DNA of 58,859 nt, filler included, from Circinaria calcarea (taxonomy: Eukaryota): assembly GCA_051942165.1 (NCBI GenBank). It is 5 parts of 5 records of this genome, joined end to end, with 100 filler letters (N's around TTAATTAATTAA, not from the genome) between each part and the next. Parts side by side here need not be neighbours in the genome. Positions count along the whole stretch, not along the records: positions 35,396 to 47,080 come from JAVECS010000660.1; positions 47,181 to 58,859 come from JAVECS010000661.1; 3 more parts are not named here. One strand, 5' to 3'. Positions 41,001 to 54,259 of the stretch are shown here, one piece after another; within the stretch, counting starts at the first letter, position 1; the number at the start of each line of letters is the position of its first letter. Below the pieces are notes generated by a model. That model made no database searches, was not told where the DNA came from, and was given only the letters and a program-made list of their open reading frames with translations. The translations under genes and the position numbers were made by a program.

Positions 41001-41402
41001 GGGGGGGCTAATGAACCCTTCTGCCAGCAGCTTCCCAATGGTTAGATTGCCGAGCTGCGCTTATATCGCTAGAATAGAATACAGGGGAGCGCGTTCAGTA
41101 GAACGTCGAGGTTGCGGCCACAACAAACAGGCCCATGCTTATCGTTATGTACATAATAACCCATTTGATTTAGAAAAGCCAATGATGCCTACATCGTGTT
41201 GACATCTGACTTCATACCACTTCACGCCCGTGTAGATCATGCCTGTCCAGAAGACCCTGTATCGACTCCCCGAATAGAAAGATCTACTTCACTTAGCGAG
41301 GCGACCTTCAGCAATCGAACACACCGCCTTTGATAGGTCGAATTGGCAACGAGAATAGCCCAGCATAGTTGACAGTTCCTCCATTATCTGCGGCATTATA
41401 GG

Positions 41403-44400
41403 ATGGCAACCATGGCTGAGTCAGATGGCTCGGAAGATGTCAACGACTTCTTGCAGCGCATTCGCGAGCTTGGTGACAAGCGTGATAAGGAGGATGAAGA
41501 GCGGACTAGAAAGCTTGAGGAAGAGATTCTACAAGGCCGCAAAGAGAGGCAAGCTCGGAGAGCTGGTGAGTGTATACTGTCCGAGGGGCAATGCGTTAAA
41601 GAATTAGTACTGACCGAGTCCGCAAATCCAGAGCGCGCTAGGTCAATTTCTCCCACAAAAGACTCGCCTTCGAACTCCGGGACCCCTAATTCATTGTACA
41701 GCGCAATGGATACACCCAATCATCAGAGATTCATTCCGGACTCGGCAAGCTCACCTCCGCCTTCTCTCTCCCCGTCACCTCAGAAAAGTCACCTCAACCG
41801 GACCAGCGAAAAGTCAACAAACATGGGAGAGGATAAGTTAGGGGATACAAGGCTAGCTCGAGGAGGGCTACAACCTCTTGGTGCCGGATCTGCGCGGGCT
41901 GAATCCCCAAACAACCTTACGCCCCTATCTCGAGCTGGGACTCTTACTTGGCAGCAACGACCAAACTCAAGGGGCTCTGGTAGCGCAAGAACGCGCCCCT
42001 TGTCAGTGTTAGCAACAGAAAACAACGCGATGAAATCTCCGAGATCAACGCCAGATCTGCCGTCCGCAAATGAGGTAGAACCATCTCGAAGCCAGATTGC
42101 GCAGTCACTAGGGGCAAAAGACCCAGCATGGTTTAGACAGACTGCGGATCGTGGCCTTGGGTCAGCTGCATTTCGAAAGAATCGGGATGACTCTAACTCG
42201 GACACAACCTCATTCAGCGCAAGTATGCGCCTGCCCGGAATGTCTAGAGAATCTACCGTGGAGCCAGAAAAAGAGGCAAGTCCGCTTCATGACGACAATA
42301 AATCGCGTTCTCCCTCGCGAGAGGGGTCGAGACGTGGAGGTATTGGTTGGAGTCAGAAAGACCCAAGCGCCGCTTCAATAAGTTCTACCGGTGCTATTGG
42401 CTCCCCTTTACCTACCCTCGACTCCCACAGACTTGATCCTCCAGCCACTGATAGAGACTTGTCCCATGGGCTAGAAGATAACTCTAATCGAAATATGGCC
42501 ATGTCGCCATCACAAGGACGAATGTCACCTGAACGTGGTGAACGGCCGTCCTCACCCACCAAAGGGCTTGGTGGTTTCGTACAGAGTGCCATGATGAAAA
42601 GGTCTGACAGTGTTAACAAACGATGGAGTACGCAAGCTGGGCCTGGTATTAGCAGGGGAAATTCAATTGCCAGTAATCGGGGTGGATACGACGGTTCGAG
42701 GCATATCACCAGCAACATGAGTCCTCCAAGAGAGATGAAGGCACTCAATCGTGAACATTCACCAGAATCAATCTCAAGGCCAGTATCGAGTCAAAGTAAC
42801 GTTGTATTCAATGCAGATAGTATAAGCAATCAAAGACCAGGCACTTCGGATGCTAGCACATCGAAAGGAGAGATGCAGAAGGACGACGGATTCAGGAGAC
42901 CTGCACTACCCGAACACTCTCGCACATATCCACAGACTACAGACGAGAGTAGATCAGCATCGCCAGTAAATAGGGAACGAACTCCACCGATGAGCCCAAG
43001 TAAGACGATAGACCCAAAGATGTGGAGTCCTGCAAAGGCCAGCTGGCTCGAGAGTGCGATCAACAAGCCTGAATCACCTAAACCAAGAGTTGCTCCTCCA
43101 CAGCAGCCAAGTTGGATGGTAGACATCAACAAAGCTAAACAGCGTGGAAGCGCAGACAACGGGAAGACATCAAACTTCAAAGAAGTGGCAACTGGCGGCT
43201 TACTGCGTTCACCCCCAATTGGCGGAACAAATAAATCCTCAAGCATGACTGGCTCAACTAGTGCGTTTCCTCTCGATAGCGGGAGAAGAGGCATGGCAGG
43301 CAACTCTAGTAATCTCACGAAGACTACGAGTTTACCTCTTATCAGCAAACCTGATACCACAGCATTAGCTGATGGGAAATCGACTAAAACCTTGACGAGC
43401 CCCCGACTGGAGGCTATTGATGACGATAAATTAGAAACCGACTTGCAACCTGAGGCGAGCTTGAAAATTGCAACATCACCTTCAATAGTATCTAGAAAGT
43501 CTCCGATTTCAAACAAAACTAAACCAATCACGCCCCCTAAAAAGGATTTTAGATCAAATTTGAAGCCAAGGCGAGTTTCGGGGGGTAACGAAAAGAAGGA
43601 TGAGCCCGAGTTCAAAAACGTTTTTGGCAAGCTTAAGCGTACACAAACACAAAACTATGTAGCGCCAGACGAACTCAAGGATAACATCCTACGAGGAAAA
43701 GCGGGCCTTGCTCTTACAGGAGGGCCAAAGAAGACAGAGCGACGAGATGAGTTTAAGGAAAGCATTCTGCAGAAGAAAGAGGAAATGAAGGCAGGAGGAC
43801 TTCCGAACATCAACAGAAAGGTTAGCGGTGGTGTTGCGGACAAGGCCCAGGAGGTGACTGTACCCGAAGCGATTATCAAGAAGCAAGGACTGTCCAAGCC
43901 TGCTAGTGGTGCTAGGTCTCCTGGTATTTCTAGTGGCAGCACTTCTCCGATGACAAAAGATTTGAGATCCTCTGATATATCGACGGATTACAGAAGCAGA
44001 GAAAATACAATTTTGGCAGTGCCGAACAAGCACCTTATTGCACCTGTGAGGGTGCAAAAGGAGCCAGCGGCAAACAGCAAGCTTGCTGACCGATTTAATC
44101 CTGCCTTGGTTGGGCTGCTCTCTCGTGGTCCCTCACCACTAATTGGCAGTGCTGGACTCGCTACGGCAAAGAGTCCATTCGAGTCTAGGGTTGATGCAGA
44201 ACAATCGACTGATTCGAGAGCTGAGGTTGATTCTTCAAATTCTCAACAGCTTACACATATGACTAAAGCGAGAGCTAAAGGCCCGAAGCGTCGCCTACCG
44301 ACGTCTGTACCTGAAGCGTCTAAACTTGGCTCAGTGAGTGCAAATAGCATCATGGAAGCTGAACAGCAAAAGTCTTATGGCAGTTCACCTCCAAATGCTA

Positions 44401-46497
44401 CTCTCGGAGCTGAACCTTATTCAAGCCCACCCAACAAAGATGTAGTGAGACCCCTAGCCGACAATTCCAACGGGAGCAATAAAATGTCGCACCCACAGTC
44501 GGCCATCAAGCCTAACACTCCCAGCAAGAAGGTGGTGTTCGATAGTCTTCGGCAGCCATCCCCGATTTCACCATCCTCGCCCAAGCCAATACCATCTCCA
44601 AGCGCGAATACTGTGCTGGTATCGAAGCAAAAGCAAGCGGGCCAGAATAGCCCTAGAATACGTAAACCGTCAGGCAATGTTACTCGTCCCCTTCCTACAC
44701 CACCAATAGTACCTACTCCGCAACTCACTAAAGGCGAGTTCTATCCTACAGATTCGACAACCTCATCAAGCCTCCTGAAAGCAGAGGTCAAGCATCGAGT
44801 GGATGAAAAAACTGCCACCCCTGTATCAGGGGCTGCAGCTCGCTGGGGTGGTCCACAGGAACGGACCTCGCAATTTCACCAGAAACTGAAGTCACCTATC
44901 AAACTGCCAACCCGAATGGATGAGGAAGCTTCTGTAAAGCGAGTGGGCCTTATCGAGCGAGATGCTCAACAACCCGTCGGCCTGGGCATTCGTTCGATTC
45001 CTGATGATATTCAAAAACCAATACTTATAAACCACGGTTTACCATCTCCTCCAATGAATTATCCTACATCACCTCCAATTCCACCAAGGAAACCAGAATC
45101 GATAGCTCATCGTATTGTCTCAAATGGTACTTTGAGTTTACCCTCGCCACAGGCTCAAGTATCTCCTGTGCCAAAGACTTCCGAGGCAAGGCGCCTCTTC
45201 ACTAACTTCTTCGACGAAGCCCCGAGTTCCACAGCAAAGATTAGCATTGATACTCAAGCGGTCCTCAGTTCAGCCCAATCACCGAACGAGCTGAGCAAAA
45301 TAAAAACATTACGGAAGCAGATCTGGCAAGTCACCGGTGATGGCAAGAAAATCGCTGTACCTGCGCAGCACGAGCATATTCTTTACGAACAAAACATGTA
45401 TCTTTGCACTCATGTCTTCGGATCATCTACAGGCACACGCTCAACCGAAGTGTATCTTTGGTGCGGTGATGGTGTGTCCTCGTCTGCTGTTGAGGACGCT
45501 CAGCTCTTCTCAAGGAAGCAGGCCAAGGAAGCCGGCAGTAAGCTCATCATCCTCAGACAAGGTAAAGAAACATCCAATTTCTTCCAGGCACTCGGAGGTA
45601 TCATGATTACCCGACGGGGCTCCAGCAGTACTTATATGCTATGCGGCCGCCGACACGTGGGACAGATTGCATTCGATGAAGTACCGTTTACCTCAAGCAG
45701 TCTATGTAGTGGCTTCCCGTATATCATCTCCGCTCGATTCGGCAAGCTATATCTCTGGAAAGGCAAGGGATCTGGTGCAGACGAGCTGGGCTGTGCGCGG
45801 CTTATAGGTATGGACCTAGGTCTGACCGGTGAGATTGAGGAAGTGGACGAATGCAATGAACCAAACGAATTCTGGGAAGCTTTTCCAGATCGGAAGAAAC
45901 GACCTGGTCAAATGCTGAATCACTGGCATCTCAAGCCCTCATGCGAGAAGTATACCACTAGACTCTTCAGCATCGAGCTCGAATCACGACTCAAGTCCAG
46001 CTCCGGCTTCATGTGGGGTCGGAGAGGCAGCGCACCCGCTTTGTCCGAAGATTCGCCTGTAGCTAGTATCAAAGAGATCACCCCCTTTACGCAATCAGAT
46101 CTGAGTCCAGACGGAATTTTTGTGCTAGACGCCTTCTTTGAAATCTACATGTTCGTTTCTTCCCCCTTTTCCCTTTCTTCCCTTGCTCCCCTTGAATTAA
46201 TATCGATCTCTCAGCATCACCGGCGCCTCTACCGTATCCAAATTCTCCACCTTCCGTACCGCCCTGCTCTTCGCGCAGGAATACGGTATCCTGGTCGCTT
46301 CTCTCGAAGATCGGCCCTTCATACCCATCACGAGTGTTGTCATGGCAGGTACGCCTGCAGGAATGAAAACCGGGTTCCGGAAATGGGATGAAGGGAAGGG
46401 TTGTACGAAGAAGGTGGAGCGAGGGGAGGGGGAAGCCGTCGTGGTGGGGTTGAGTGCGGGGTTAGAGGCGATTGGGAGGATGAATGAAGGTCTATGA
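41403..46497 (+). CDS. Large gelsolin/villin-repeat protein with DUF4045-like low-complexity N-terminus
   Basis: DVNDFLQRIRELGDKRDKEDEERTRKLEEEI, SPTKGLGGFVQSAM, KASWLESA; C-terminal gelsolin-like repeats (TEVYLWCG, LCSGFPY..LYLWKGKGS, FVLDAFFEIY); intron ~46151-46214 gives LLFAQEYGIL..EDRPF. Confidence 0.85.
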
Positions 46498-46949
46498 TTT
46501 GGTTGCGGGGGGAAAGGAGGTTTTTATGGTGATGTAGGAACATGTGGCTGGCGGTGCTGGAAATGGCTTCTGAAAAGTCTTTATTCTAACCGAAGACGAA
46601 AACATTTCCTCCGCGGGAGAGTCCGCTATGGATAGGGATAATGATCGGATAAGGGCGGATGGGAGAGGATCTTGGGGAATTGTTTACCTCGACCTCCTCC
46701 TTTCCATGTAACATACATACATAACATGGGTTGGTTGGGGGGGCTGCTACATGCAAAGATTCCCATCCAAATTGAGTTGATTGGAACTCTTTGCACCGGG
46801 TAGGGGAGGGATACTCTCTACTGACTTGCCGTCCATGTTTATATTTCCCAAAACGAGTGGGGCAGGCCGTGGTAGAAAGTTCATCGTAGAGAGCTACCAG
46901 ATTGATGCAAAATCCTTTTTCTCTTTCGTCCCCTTCCACGTCCTTTCCC

Positions 46950-47080
46950 ACCCCCTTTTTCCCTTTTTCCCTTTTTCCCTTTTTCCCTTTTTCCCTTTTT
47001 CCCTTTTTCCCTTTTTCCCTTTTTCCCTTTTTCCCTTTTTCCCTTTTTCCCTTTTTCCCTTTTTCCCTTTTTTCCTTTTT
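46950..47080. repeat. (CCCTTTTT)n 8-bp tandem repeat at contig end
   Basis: About 16 near-perfect units running into the gap. Confidence 0.95.
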
Positions 47081-47180
47081 NNNNNNNNNNNNNNNNNNNN
47101 NNNNNNNNNNNNNNNNNNNNNNNNTTAATTAATTAANNNNNNNNNNNNNNNNNNNNNNNNNNNNNNNNNNNNNNNNNNNN
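47081..47180. other. Artificial contig linker
   Basis: N44-TTAATTAATTAA-N44. Confidence 0.98.
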
Positions 47181-47261
47181 TGGTATATACAGCATTTCCC
47201 GCCACAAGGTAGAAACAAAGAACCAAGAAATTAAGCAGTGGGATAACCATATTGTCGATTA

Positions 47262-49258
47262 TTATAGCACCATGTCTTCGTCTAAACCAGGGAGCCCAGC
47301 GCCGGCTATATTCACGCCCAGAGTATGAATGGACTCGTGTATACCAGTAGTAAGCTTGAGCTCGGGGTTGCAAGGCGGCGAATGTGATTTGTGATATTTC
47401 AGGCCATTAAGATTTTTATACCGTTTGCCGCAAGTCTCGCATTTGTAGGGTTTTTCTTTCTCCATACCGAGTGTACCTGGGTAAGGGGTCGATGTTGTGG
47501 GATCAACGATGGAGAATGTGCCGTCAAGGTTCTCATGCAATTGCTGATTGTTGTGTCCATGCTGGTATTAAGCGTTAGCATCGGAAGGCCCCCCGCAGTA
47601 TCGAGCACAGTTGGACTTACAGATTTGTGATACTTGAGTCCGTTCTGGTTTTTGTATGCCTTCTCGCAACCTATGACTGGACATCGGAACGGCTTTGGCT
47701 CTTCGCCATTCAGGCCCGATACCGTATCAGCCAGACCCACTCTCCTTTGTTGTTCCCGGATTCGCTGTGCGATCTCACTATTGGGGCCATACTGTGCTCC
47801 CCCAAGTCGGTTTTGAGATGAATTATTCGAAACGTTGAAACCGCCGGGGCTAAAAAGTCGCTTCGCCGGTTCATCGATGCAAAGATCCAGCATGTCATTA
47901 CCGTTTCCAAACCCGTAACCCCCGAACGCTTGTTGTCCTCCCGGCATGAACTGTTGACTTTGTGTCATGGACATGTTACCAATTATATCAAGGAAATCTG
48001 AGTCCAGTTCTGCAGGAGTGCCGGGCGCAGACGAGTCCGGCGAATTTCGATATTGTTGTTGTAAAGGATGCGCGCTTAGGGTAGGTGTATTGACGGACGA
48101 TACAGTTGGGTTGTTTTGGTAAAATCCACCAGGCCTACCTCCCGATACTGGGGTTGTAGGCTGCGAATTCCGCAATCCCTGGTGGGCTTGTAAGGGATTT
48201 CCAAGGTTTAGCGCATTGAGATCGAGAGGAGGGACTCGAGCGGAAGCAGGCTGTCCAAATTGTGACCGTGGAGGTATTTGGGGTCGGTTTTGTATAGAAA
48301 ACTGTCGTTGTTGAAACTGGGTCGAATCTATTCCACAGAATTCAGTTTCGCCAATATCATCCATTTCCATATCCACCACATCATCCATGTCTTGTGCCGG
48401 CGGTGGAGGTGCTCTTGCAAATTCGCCAGTCCTGCTGTGAGGATTTTGCTGATGATTCCGCGGTACACCACTTCCATTGGCGGGGAGCTGTCGTGAAGCA
48501 GACGGATTCGCAGTTGATGCAGTCTGCAGCTGTGCTTGCCGTTGAACAGCTGATGCAGTGTTTGTTGCTATCGCGGCTTTGGTGTTCGGAGGTCCTTCTA
48601 AATGCTGTGCTTGCTGTCTTGGTGTAGACGGGGGCTGGACCTGGGCGTGAGACTCTTCGTAATGTTGAAGTAAATCATGTAGAGACGGTAAGACCAGTCC
48701 ACAGCAAGAAAAATCCTTCATAAAGTTTGCTTCGAGCTTGGGAAGATATGACGACGAATGGAACGAAGGGGAATTGTAGGCGAACGGCGAAGTACCTTGC
48801 ATGATGATACTGTTGTGGAGGTCAGCAGACACTTTGATAGTTGAGATGCTTAGCCCCAGTGTGGCTGCAATTGCAGCCAGAAGAGAGAAACGGAAAACAT
48901 ACTCGTCCCGAATCCAGCTTCCTACGGAAACTCCACCCCAGCTCATCCCACCCACCAGGCTTCCGGCTATACTCTCCCGCCGGGGCTGACCGCGGTGTGA
49001 TCCACTCATTGAGATAGGTAGTGCTCCAGTACCGTAGTGAGGGCCTAAACCAGACAGGGTTCCAGTAGAATCGTGTCGTGCGCCACCAGCACCCTTGCCG
49101 TGGCCATAGACCATGTTCATCGCAGACGACGAGCGAATCTCGTTTCCTGTGGTTGATTGGAGAGCAGTTGTCAGGTTCGAGGCCTGTGGTTGACGTGGCG
49201 AAATGGGTGTAGTACGTGATGGAGTGGTGATGTTGATGGGTGAAGACTTGCCAGCCAT
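47262..49258 (-). CDS. SFP1: Split zinc-finger transcription factor Sfp1 (3 exons); first AUG at 49258
   Basis: GMSWGGVSVGSWIRD, LEANFMKDFSCCGLVLPSLHDLLQHYEESH, CIDEPAKRL, KPFRCPVIGCEKAYKNQNGLKYH, KPYKCETCGKRYKNLNGLKYH. Confidence 0.93.
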
Positions 49259-51135
49259 CTCGCGCTCCGGTGACGGTTCAGCAAAGAGTGGAAAGGTGGA
49301 GTCCTCCAAGTCTGAGTCGAGTAAGGTTGAGTCGACGTACAGGGTGGCTCGGCCTCCGCCGTCTAAGTTCTTGTGATGCCAGGAGAACAGCAGATCTCGC
49401 TCCCTCTCGGACTTTCGAGGGATTGCGCTGCCGAAGCCTCTGGGGGTGCCCACCGGGGTTGTCTCGATGGGGGAAACTCGTTCAAAATCGCTGGGTGTTG
49501 GGGAGTAGTGCAAGGGAGGTGGTGTCTCTCGAGAATCCAGCTTTACGGCTTCTTGTATGGAAATTGGTGGATATAGGCGGTGTGCCGGGTGCCAATCGAG
49601 TTCCGACGATGCTTGCGATGCGATAACTTGCGACTGTCCTGTAACGTGTATGATGTTCCCCTCTAGTGTCTCTATAACTGCCGGTGATGGCTATCGATGC
49701 CTCGCCCCAAGGAAAATGACGGTCGAAAGGGTGCGGCGAGTACTTGGTACTTTTTGATATGGAGTCCGATGAATGCAATCCGATTAATAAAATTAATGAC
49801 GAGCCAAACCCCTAGACGGATACACTAACTTAGCCTTATGGATCCGTCAGTGCCACGCGAGATTTGATTCGAGGGAAACGGGGGAATTGTTTACCGTGCG
49901 CACCGTGGGTACTATGACTAATGCCAACGGCCGCTGCTTCGGTCCAGAGTCTATGTCGTTTTATGCTGATTCGAAGTCGAGATGAGGATGCACTCTTGTC
50001 GCCTTCTGCAGCAGGATTAAAGTGGACGTAGATGAGTTGGAGAGGAGAGGTTACGGGGTGATCTCATGCTGATATATTACAAAGGAGGAGTATCGGCAGC
50101 GGGGGGCGGCGCTTACACATGGCGAGGCAGGGATTAGTAACGGCTCCTATATGTAGGTTTGGTATGACTACCAGATCAATATCTCCGTGGGATGGTCGGG
50201 GAGCTGAAGCACGATCAGATGCATGGGTGTGACTCGGGGCTCTCGGGGGCGACAAGGACAATCATGGGAAAATCAGCCATCATTGCCAAGTCACCCCTTC
50301 TTTGTTGAATCTTGGAATGCCTCTGGTAACCGAGGTGGAGACATGCCGCTGCCGGACGGAAGGGACACGCCAAGTGTGATGGCGATCTGCGACCACGTAC
50401 TGGGGACTCGCCGACTTTGCCCTCTCCCATCTTTGCTACCCTTAACACACAACACACACACCAGGTACCCTTCCGCCTCGTCGTAAGCGCAGCTGGCGGC
50501 GTCCCCACTGAAGCTCACGAATAAGCTTCTTCGAGAAGACGTCTAGCGCCGGATGGCAAAAGGTTAGCGCGTCGATTGATGGTCAAATCAATCATGAAAG
50601 ATGGCCAAGAGGCTATATAGCCCCCACATCATAGGCAAGCCTCTCCAGTATATCATTGGTAGCATATCTCATCGCCTCACGTCCGTAGTCTAGACCGAGT
50701 CGAATCCTCAGCCCAGCTCAGACCGCCACACTTCCCCGCCCTGCATATCCTGAGCTTTCGTTGGCTACGCACCGCCAACACCTTGGACTTTGCCGAGCTG
50801 ATCGCCACTGTCGTACGAGGGAGGCTACTAGGGTGTACGTGGAGATGTTAAACGAAGGATTGAACTATGATTAATGAGGAAACGTAATAGGTCGATGTGT
50901 TATACTTCACTCATTTGAGAGTTCCCAAGATAACGTAGGCGAAATCCTCACCCCACCATGTATTTTATCCTTGCCGGTGCTATACCGTAGAAGTCTTTGT
51001 GGAGGACTACAATGGCCACAGGCCTTGCTCTTTCTCCGGAACCAACGCACGTATGAACCGTAACTATACTCACTGATTCGTTGAATAGTCGAGGGGCTTG
51101 TCCAGCGTCTGTAGGAACAAACAGTTACCACAACT

Positions 51136-53595
51136 ATGGATTCTCAAGTCCTGCTCGGTAACCCCCTGGAGCCGTCAGAACCTTTGAAGGCGGAGCCGTC
51201 CAGCGGACTCCTGGATGGATGCCCGAATCCAGGGTCAATACCCCAAGAAGAGGATTCCGCCATGACCAAAGCTGAAAAGGTGGAGCGGCTCATGGCCGAA
51301 GAGCGAGACAACGATGCACCACCAGTGAAGCGAATCAAATTGGATGGGGACAACTCGGAAGCATTGTTGAATGGAATCAAGCCAGGAGATGGTGTCCCCG
51401 CAGTTAGTGGTCTTACACCGAGCGAGAGGCAGAAAGGTGTTGCTCCTATTAAAGCAGAGTACCATCCCCTTTAGAGATACCCTCTACATAAGGAGAGCTA
51501 ACTCGACATAAGATTTCTCATATATCCCCCTGGCAACAAATACGATAGAGGGGCCACCATCACCAACGGGTCTTCAACACCTCTTGACGCGAGGGATCAG
51601 GTTGGTGGTAAAAGAAAAGAAAAAAGTAGAGGTCAGAATACTAACCGTCAATATGGTTCATCGAGGGATGAGAAAGGCCTTTGCCAAAGTCGTGCTACGT
51701 CTGCTGAATTTTCCCCAGCGGAATGTCGATTTGGAGAAGGATGCAAATTCGAACATAATCTCCGGACGTATCTTAGTGATTGGAAGAGACAAGATCTTCG
51801 TACCCTCGACGGGAGGTGTCCCATTTGGGAGTTGAAGGGGAGATGTGATGCAGGATGGAAATGCCGTTTTGTTGGGTCGCATTCGCAAGAAATCACCACA
51901 GTGGACGGCCGAAAAGAGCTCGTACTTCTTGAGGATAAAGACAGTCAGAAGAGTATACCTCGTTCTTATGACGGTTTCAACGAGACCGGGGTCGTCAACG
52001 TCATTTCCACGCAGACGAAAGCTGATTTGATGAAACGGAGAATAAAGACAGAAAAGGCTGAAACTTATCTGGAGTGGCTAGAAAAGAACAATGAAATATC
52101 CGCTAAACAAAACAATCCAAAATCCAGGAGAAGTCGCATAGAAGATGATAGTGATGATGACAATCACAGGTCGAAGGATGATATTGAAGACACGAGAGCG
52201 CAGTACACCGAGCCACCCTTTTTGCCTTCGGAAAAGCGCCGCATTTACTTTGGACCAGAGACACCTGTACTTGCTCCATTGACTACACAAGGCAACCTTC
52301 CTTTCCGTAGATTATGTGTGGGCTTAGGTGCCCAACTTACTTACTCGGAAATGGCCATGAGCTTGCCAATAGTTCAGGGCCAAAAGTCCGAATGGGCACT
52401 AATGAAGGCCCACGAGACAGAGGTATCACCTCCTCGCTTCAGTCCTAACTCTGTGGTAACAGAGTACGACAATTCGAAAGATTTGAAGTTCGGTGCACAA
52501 ATTGCTGCAAGCAAGCCATATCAAGCATTGAAAGCTACGCAGATCCTTTCAGACCTCTGTCCGCATCTCCGGGTGATTGACCTCAACTGTGGGTGCCCTA
52601 TTGACCTCATCTACCGCCAAGGGGCTGGTTCTGCTCTGCTCGATAGTCAGTCGAAGCTTGAGAAGATTCTTCGCGGAATGAATACCGTATCGGGAGAGAT
52701 TCCCATCACAGTAAAGATCAGGATGGGTACGAAAGACGGAAAACCGAATGCATTAAAGCTCGTCGACCGTTTAGTATACGGTAGTGGCGATTCATCGGAA
52801 ATCTGCGGTAGGACATCCGGGGTAGCTGCCATCACCCTGCATGGTCGAAGTCGGCAGCAAAGATACACGAAGAACGCAGACTGGGAATACATTGCTAACT
52901 GTGCGGCATTGATCAAACGTCATAACCAGCATGGTGACGACCTCGTCGACACAATCCGGGAAACGGAGGGGAGGGATGCTCCCGCGGTTAGTAAAGTCTA
53001 CTTTATTGGCAATGGCGATTGTTACTCTCACGTCGACTACCTCGACCATCTCCAAAATTCAAAAGTGGATTCAGTCATGGTAGCGCGAGGGGCACTGATC
53101 AAGCCTTGGATCTTCGAAGAGATTGAAAAGGGGCAGTATCTCGACAAGTGTGCGAGCGAACGTCTTGCAATGATTGAGCAATATGTACGATACGGACTTG
53201 AGACGTGGGGATCGGACGAGGTGGGCGTCGGGACTACGCGGCGTTTTCTGCTGGAGTGGCTGAGCTTTTCCTATCGATATGTGCCAGTCGGGATCATGGA
53301 GCATTTACCACCCCGTCTGCAAGATCGCCCGCCGGCGTGGAGGGGAAGAAACGAGCTGGAAACGTTACTGGGCAGTGACAACTACAAGGACTGGATCAAG
53401 ATCAGGCAGGTAGCTCTAACGCGGCAGAGGGAAGCCAATGCTAATACAGCTATCTAGTGAGATGTTCCTCGGTCCTGCGCACAAGGATTTCAAGTTCGAG
53501 CCAAAACATAAAAGTAACAGGTATGACAGGAATATCTGTGTCCGCTCTAATTGCGGCTAATATGTTATAGCTACGAGATTGAGGCTGAAGGATGA
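51136..53595 (+). CDS. DUS3: tRNA-dihydrouridine(47) synthase Dus3 (CCCH zinc fingers + Dus domain), 4 exons
   Basis: [13 protein letters not shown] fingers, [64 protein letters not shown]. Confidence 0.96.
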
Positions 53596-54259
53596 GTGCG
53601 GTCTTGCACCGGTGATCAGTCGACGAGCAGTCTTAATCTTCCTCCCAACTGAATATGTTTGTCGAGGTCGCATACCGAATCCTATTATTTAAACACTAGT
53701 ATTATGTGAAAGTTTCCAAAATGCGGTCCTTAATCGGTTGGCATATACCCCGATTGATCTTGCGTAGAGTAGTGTGGCCGGTGAAAGACTCATCCTTTTT
53801 GCTATGAATACGAATTCCTTGAAAGACATGTTATCACCGAGCGTTTTACGACGAGGCCTGGACTAGCGTTAGGGTTCACATGTCATAATTTTCCGCTTGT
53901 CAATTTTCCAAGGCAGCGTAGGCGAGGATGACGTTGCAATGAGCCTCCCCTCACCGGTTTTCTGCTTTCTCCACCCCAAATCCAATAAATCCCCACGACT
54001 CCAACACACGACCAAACCGTTGAACCGTCATCATCCTCCCTCATCCTTTTGCCCATCGTAGAAGGGACGCAATCTATTGAGATCAACCTGCTCTGAATTA
54101 TACGCCGTTGGTGCTAATCCGAGAGAGCGCCAATTGAAAAGGTACGACTCCGTTGCGGGCGGGCACAAATGGGCCACCACTTGCAGCTGCTTAAGCTTCG
54201 GGCTAACACATGGTTTCACGCAGCACATCGCTCCATCATCTCAATTCAAAGACGTCAAC

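Noticed and set aside
46781..47132. ORFs with FPFFPFSL repeats
   Set aside because: Translation of the (CCCTTTTT)n microsatellite
11751..47136. TTAATTAATTAA recurring every ~11.8 kb as a biological periodic repeat
   Set aside because: Embedded in N runs; standard artificial six-frame-stop linker
50690..50722. B-box/T-loop-like GAGTCGAATCCTC (similar motif near 17850-17870 on the minus strand) as tRNA genes
   Set aside because: No cloverleaf, acceptor stem or A-box could be built
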